DNA of 64,000 nt from an uncultured Verrucomicrobiae bacterium (lineage in GTDB: Bacteria > Verrucomicrobiota > Verrucomicrobiia > Chthoniobacterales > JAFAMB01). Each line of letters begins with the position of its first letter. Within the stretch, counting starts at the first letter, position 1. The stretch spans positions 256,001 through 320,000 of the forward strand of contig CAVXLD010000005.1 in NCBI GenBank assembly GCA_963762565.1, read 5' to 3'. Positions 59,036-64,000 of this stretch are shown here, one piece after another. The notes beneath the pieces were generated by a model, which was not told where the DNA came from, searched no databases, and was given only the letters and a program-made list of their open reading frames with translations. The translations under genes were made by a program, and so were the position numbers.

Positions 59036-59043
59036 CTGTATAA

Positions 59044-59568
59044 ATGGGCAACGCCTCCCGATTCGAAGAGCTATTCTTGCCTCATCTGGATGCTGCTTAT
59101 AATCTGGCCCGGTGGCTCGTGAGCGGTGATCAAGACGCTCAAGACATCGTCCAGGAAGCGTACGTACGGGCGTTCAAAGGATTTGCCGGATTCCGAGGAG
59201 ATAACGCGCGAGCATGGTTACTGACGATTGTCAGGAACACGGCCTACACCTGGATCAAACGGCATGCAACAGACGAGAAGCTGATCCCATTTGATGAAGA
59301 ATCTCACGTGGTTCCGTTCGAACCAGCGCCCTCAGAGCTATCCCGGGAAAAACAGCGTGAGCTGCTGGAGCAAGCGCTGAACCGGCTTCCAACTGAGTTT
59401 CGCGAAGTACTCGTCCTATTCGAATTCGAAGGATGGAGTTACAAAGCGATGGCGGATGAGTTGCAGGTGCCGCTCGGCACCGTGATGTCGCGTCTGAGTC
59501 GGGCGCGTCGCCGGTTACAACAAGAGATCGCTCAATTTCAACCGGGGGAAATCGATGATGAACTGTGA
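59044..59568 (+). CDS. ECF RNA polymerase sigma factor
   Basis: DAQDIVQEA, RAWLLTIVRN and GTVMSRLSRAR. Confidence 0.95.
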   Translation: MGNASRFEELFLPHLDAAYNLARWLVSGDQDAQDIVQEAYVRAFKGFAGFRGDNARAWLLTIVRNTAYTWIKRHATDEKLIPFDEESHVVPFEPAPSELSREKQRELLEQALNRLPTEFREVLVLFEFEGWSYKAMADELQVPLGTVMSRLSRARRRLQQEIAQFQPGEIDDEL

Positions 59569-60311
59569 CGACGCAGATCGATTTCTAGACGCTTACCTGG
59601 ATGGCGAGCTTGAGCCGGCCAAAAAAGCCGAGCTGGAGCAGCACTTGGCCGGTTGTCCCGCGTGTGAACAGAAGTTGGCGCACCTACGCCGATTCCGCGA
59701 GTTCTTCGACGCCAACGCACCTCACTATCCTGCGCCGCCGGAACTAAAGGCTAAAGTGTTAGCCAGGTTAGAAGTAGCTCGAAAATCCAATCTGATCTCG
59801 TTGGTTCGGCAACCGTGGTTATATGCGGCTGCGCTGTTGATCATCAGCATTTGCCTCGCCTGGCTTAAGTTCTTCCCTAACCAGAATCAGGATGAACTGA
59901 TTGCGGATCAAGCCGTTGCTAACTACAAGCGCGCGGCTTTGTTAGAACGGGTGTGCGACATAGTATCGCCTGACCCGGGCGTAGTTAAGCCTTGGTTCGT
60001 CGGCAAAATCGACTTTTCGCCGCCAGTGGTTTTACCTGGTCTCAATTTCACAAATGCGCGGCGGTCGCCTCGACGTCATCAATAATCGGAAAGTCGCTGC
60101 GGTCACTTACAAACGAGATAAAGATCTGGTGACTGTCTTCGTTTGGCCGGACGCAGGGAAACCGATTCCGATGAAAACTTGGTCCATTAGTGCCAATAGG
60201 GTCTGCACCTGGAACGTTAAAGGGCTAAACTGTGTTGCCGTGTCGAATATGACCGAGCAAGGGCTGGATGAGGTTGTTGGGCATATTAAAGACGCTATTG
60301 CTGGTCAGTAA
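59555..60311 (+). CDS. Zinc-binding (ZAS) transmembrane anti-sigma factor; +1 frameshift at about 60053
   Basis: HLAGCPAC, a TM helix, VKPWF.GKIDFSP and GGRLD. Confidence 0.9.
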
Positions 60312-60322
60312 GCGGTGAGACC

Positions 60323-60791
60323 GTGGAGCGCTGCCTCGCTTGCGAGGCCGTCTAGCGGATCCTGAGCTGTAACCAGAGGACCAACGGAGGGGCGTTGCAT
60401 TCAGCGTTGCTATGCTCAGCGCGTCTGCGACCTAAAAGTGAGCGCAACGTTTGTCCTGTGCCACAACTGCGACGCCCCGAGAACCGTCTCACACCGCTTG
60501 AGGTTGCACGTTTGGTGGTCTGACACGCGCTAAAGGGAGCCGCAACTAACACGCGGTTGGGACGGAGAACGCCTTGTGTGGAACAACGCTAGCGGTAATA
60601 GAGCGCGGAATGCGGCTCCCCTCCGCTTCGGTGATGGATCACAATAGACCAACAGATCAACGAATCTGTCATGGCGCAGCGACAGCGACAGGTTTTTCAA
60701 CAGCCTACCGACTTAATTCTTTCAGCCGCCGAAATGCTTCGGGGTAAACGCTTCGCGGCTAGACGGCCTCGCAAGCGAGGCAACGCTCCAC
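60323..60791. repeat. Nested element: outer inverted repeat enclosing family B palindrome (60386-60624) and an IS-like end (about 60693-60707)
   Basis: gtggagcg.tgcctcgcttgcgaggccgtctagc at both ends; gtttttcaacagcct inside. Confidence 0.8.
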
Positions 60792-60815
60792 CAATAACCT
60801 CTCACCTCTCACAAA

Positions 60816-61617
60816 TCACTTCTCACTTCTCACCGCCGCGATAGCGGCATCGAGCGCTTCCCGGTGCCCACGATACTCCTCATCCAGCTTATTATCCGGA
60901 GAACGAATGGTTCCGTCGGGCGAGACCTGCCATTTGTTGGGTGTTTCCGCTAACAGGTTAGCAATCGCTATCAGTTCAGTGGCGAGCTTCTGTTGCTTAA
61001 CCGCTTCATCCACGGCCTTTTGCCCCGGAGTATCTTGATAAAAGCGGAGCGCCACCTCTTTCGCCGTCTCGCTGTTAAGGCCGCCTTTCTGCAGTTGGGT
61101 AGCCAGGTTCGATCTGCAGATCTTCGAATAAATTCTTTTCTTGGCGGGCAGCATCAAGCAATCGGGTTGCTTCCGGTTTAAGCTTTTGGTAAGTGGCGAG
61201 AGCATCGGCGGATCTCAAGCTGGGAAGATCGTTGAGAACGACTTGCGCTAGATGGCTCAAACGGTCTTGCGCATCGGCCGTCTCGCCGCTCAAATTCACC
61301 AACGTCAGCGCGACCGCTTTTTGCACCGGCGACAAAGTCCGTACGTCATAGTGGGTAAGCGCCAGATAATCTTCTGCAGTTTTGGGCGACGGCGGCGGTC
61401 GAAGCGCTCCGGAAGCCGGTGTCTTCCGATTACTGAGCCAACTGCTGATCTCCGAATAGAGATAAGACGGCAGGTCCGGGTTGCGCACCCATAACCCTCC
61501 CAGGAAAAAGATCAGGACCCCTCCGCCCAGTATCAAGACATAGACCCAAAAAACCTTGTGACGGTCGCCCGGCTCTTCCGGGTGCTCCTGGGGATCACTC
61601 TTGCGCGAATCCTTCAC
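60816..61617 (-). CDS. Membrane-anchored hypothetical protein; +1 frameshift at about 61112
   Basis: Two overlapping helical ORFs join if one base is removed. Confidence 0.65.
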
Positions 61618-61653
61618 CCCGCCTTGATACCAAGCGGGAGTAGAAATTCAATC

Positions 61654-62661
61654 TCACTCACCACGGGTCCGTTGTTGGTCGACCACGACCGCGGCCAGCA
61701 GAATAGCGCCGCGCACCAGATATTGATAAAAGGCGTCGATATTGAGCAGATTCATCACGTTCTCTGCGGTACCAAGAATGAAGACGCCGACGATTACCCC
61801 CGAGATCGTCGCGCTTCCGCCTTTGAGCGAAACCCCGCCCAGGACACAAGCAGAAATGACGTTCAATTCGAAGCCTTGAGCCGAGTTCGGTTGGCCGCTG
61901 GTGATTCGAGAAGCAAGGATGACACCAGCTAGGCCGGCAACTAAACCTTGTACGAGAAAAATGACCACGCGCATCCGTTCCACATGAATTCCGGCGAGCC
62001 GGGCTGCTTCGGGATTACCGCCGATGGCAAGAGTATTCCGGCCATAAATGGTGGAATTCAGTAGGAACCCGAATAAGACGAAGCAGGCCAAGGTCATCCA
62101 GATGGGCATTGAGATCCCGAGGAAAGAGCTGCCGGCGAAATAGATAAAATCGACGTTGCTGACCCCAACCGCTTGCCCGTGTGAAGCGATGAAGGCGAGG
62201 CCGCGGACCATTTCCATGGTAGCCAGCGTTGTAATCAGTGCGTTAATGCGGAGATAGGCGATGATGATTCCGTTAAAGCACCCAATAATCGCGCCGCTCA
62301 AAAGCGCGGCGGCCACGCCCGCCCAAAGATTATCAGTAAAATTAATTACGGTTGCGCCCAGAACGCCGGTAAAAGCGACGATCGAGCCCACCGACAAATC
62401 GAAGTCGCGAGAGGCCAAACAGAACATCATGGTGCAGGCCACCATGCCGATCTGGGACACCGAGAGGGCCAGACCAAGCATGTTCTGTACGGTGAAGAAA
62501 TATTGGACCGAAAAAGACAGCGCGATAAAGATCGCCAGGAAGATAAAGACGAGATTGTATTCTAATAGAAACGCGGAGAGCCGCCGTAGCCGTGACTCAG
62601 AATGGGGCGGCCGGTTCAGTTTCGGCTCTTGCGTAGGGCCGGCTTTCATAACCTGTTTCAT
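61654..62661 (-). CDS. araH: L-arabinose ABC transporter permease
   Basis: [22 protein letters not shown] and SRITSGQP. Confidence 0.9.
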   Translation of the reverse strand: MKQVMKAGPTQEPKLNRPPHSESRLRRLSAFLLEYNLVFIFLAIFIALSFSVQYFFTVQNMLGLALSVSQIGMVACTMMFCLASRDFDLSVGSIVAFTGVLGATVINFTDNLWAGVAAALLSGAIIGCFNGIIIAYLRINALITTLATMEMVRGLAFIASHGQAVGVSNVDFIYFAGSSFLGISMPIWMTLACFVLFGFLLNSTIYGRNTLAIGGNPEAARLAGIHVERMRVVIFLVQGLVAGLAGVILASRITSGQPNSAQGFELNVISACVLGGVSLKGGSATISGVIVGVFILGTAENVMNLLNIDAFYQYLVRGAILLAAVVVDQQRTRGE

Positions 62662-64000
62662 GCTACCTGTTCATCGGGCAAAGCCAAGCTCAGGACGAGA
62701 TGCTCGGAGAAATCGGCTCGGGCGATTTCGGCAGTGATGGCCCCCTCCCGCATCACGATCATCCGATCGGCAATTCCCATTAGCTCCGGTAATTCGCTGG
62801 ACACCACCACCACCGCGCAACCCCGCTCGGCTAGCTCATAGATCAGGTTATAGATCTCATGTTTCGCGCCGACATCGATGCCCCGAGTCGGTTCGTCCAT
62901 AATCACTACCCGCAAATCGGCTAGATTAAGCCAGCGCGCTAAAATCACCTTTTGTTGGTTACCACCGGAGAGCAGGCGAATCGGCTGGCGGCGGCTTGGC
63001 GTCTTGATTCCCAAGCGTTGAATGAATCGGTCGCTGATTTTGAATTCCTTGCCGAAGTCGATAAAAAACCCGCGCCAGCCGGCTCTTTGCCGGGCGGTCA
63101 GGTTAATGTTTTCGGTTACGGAGCGGATGGGAATGATCCCGCCTTCCTTCCGATCCTCCGGACAAAAAGCGATGCCGCGCCGGATCGTGTCAATGGGGTG
63201 ATGGGCGCGCATCGATTGTCCATCGACCTTGATCCAGCCCGAACGGAGTCGAGTTGCTCCAAAAATCAGCCGCATCAGCTCGCTGCGGCCGGAACCTATC
63301 AACCCAAAGAATCCGACGACCTCGCCGCTATGGACAGAGAAACTGGCGGGCCGATTCATTTGTTTTCCGGTCAGGTCGTTAACCTCGAGCCGGACAGGAC
63401 CGATGGCGCGCGGCCGGTAACTGTAGATATCGGTGATATTACGCCCGACCATTTGTTCGACTAACTTGGCGCGACTGACCTGAACTAACGAGTTATGGGT
63501 TGCCACCGTATGACCATCTCGGAGAACGGTACAGGTATCGCACAAATCGAAGATCTCATCCAGACGGTGAGAGACATAGATAAGGATCTTCCCTTGTTTC
63601 CGCAGATCTCTTACTAGACGAAAGAGGATCTCGGTCTCATGATGCGAAAGGCTGCTGGTAGGTTCATCCAAGCGCGATAATCTGCGCGTCTCGCAACAGC
63701 GCTTTGCAGATCTCTACCATTTGCCGTTCGGCGATCGACAAGGTTCTGCAGCTTAGCCCGCGGATTCAGGGCGACTCCCATTCTGCGAAGGTGTCCGTCG
63801 GCGATGCGAATAGCGTCACGCCGGCGAAAGAGCCCGTAGTGATTCGGCAAATGACCGAGTAGCAGGTTCTCCGCGATGGTCAGGTTAGGGACATAGTGTA
63901 GCTCTTGGTGAATGATCGCGATCCCGGCGGCTATCGAACTGGCAGCAGATTGAAAATGGCGTTCAGTTCCACCGACAATCAACGTGCCGCTGTCAGGTTG
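62658..64000 (-). CDS. araG: L-arabinose ABC transporter ATP-binding protein, partial; +1 frameshifts at about 63669 and 63742
   Basis: [25 protein letters not shown] and [16 protein letters not shown]; adjacent to araH. Confidence 0.88.

Overview
Bacterial chromosomal window of moderately high GC. Gene content and repeat style suggest a soil Verrucomicrobiota/Chthoniobacterales-like genome; this is an inference. Recognisable genes: asnS, glnS, tRNA-Gln(CUG), a ketose ABC/kinase/aldolase cluster, a giant Ser/Thr kinase-ATPase-histidine kinase, lolA and an acyltransferase, dhaKLM (DhaM-HPr-EI fusion), fdhF/ydeP with an OFA-family MFS, an ECF sigma/anti-sigma pair and araGH. The region of about 27-42.7 kb, 3' of tRNA-Gln, is a degraded accessory region. 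It holds gene fragments, a 1042-aa orphan, an IS1182, an inactivated REP-associated tyrosine (Y1/HUH) transposase bounded by terminal inverted repeats, and HEPN-like and PD-(D/E)XK-like orphans. The most unusual signal is the nested small-repeat ecosystem. (1) Twelve REP-type hairpins from three families all carry 68-70-nt loops. (2) IS1182 ends sit at a fixed 9-nt offset from GACCCC palindrome ends. (3) The RAYT HUH motif lies in an 83-bp inversion. (4) Repeat units are translated in frame inside proteins. Six +1 frameshifts in the last 15 kb look like long-read errors. No CRISPR array or rRNA was seen.
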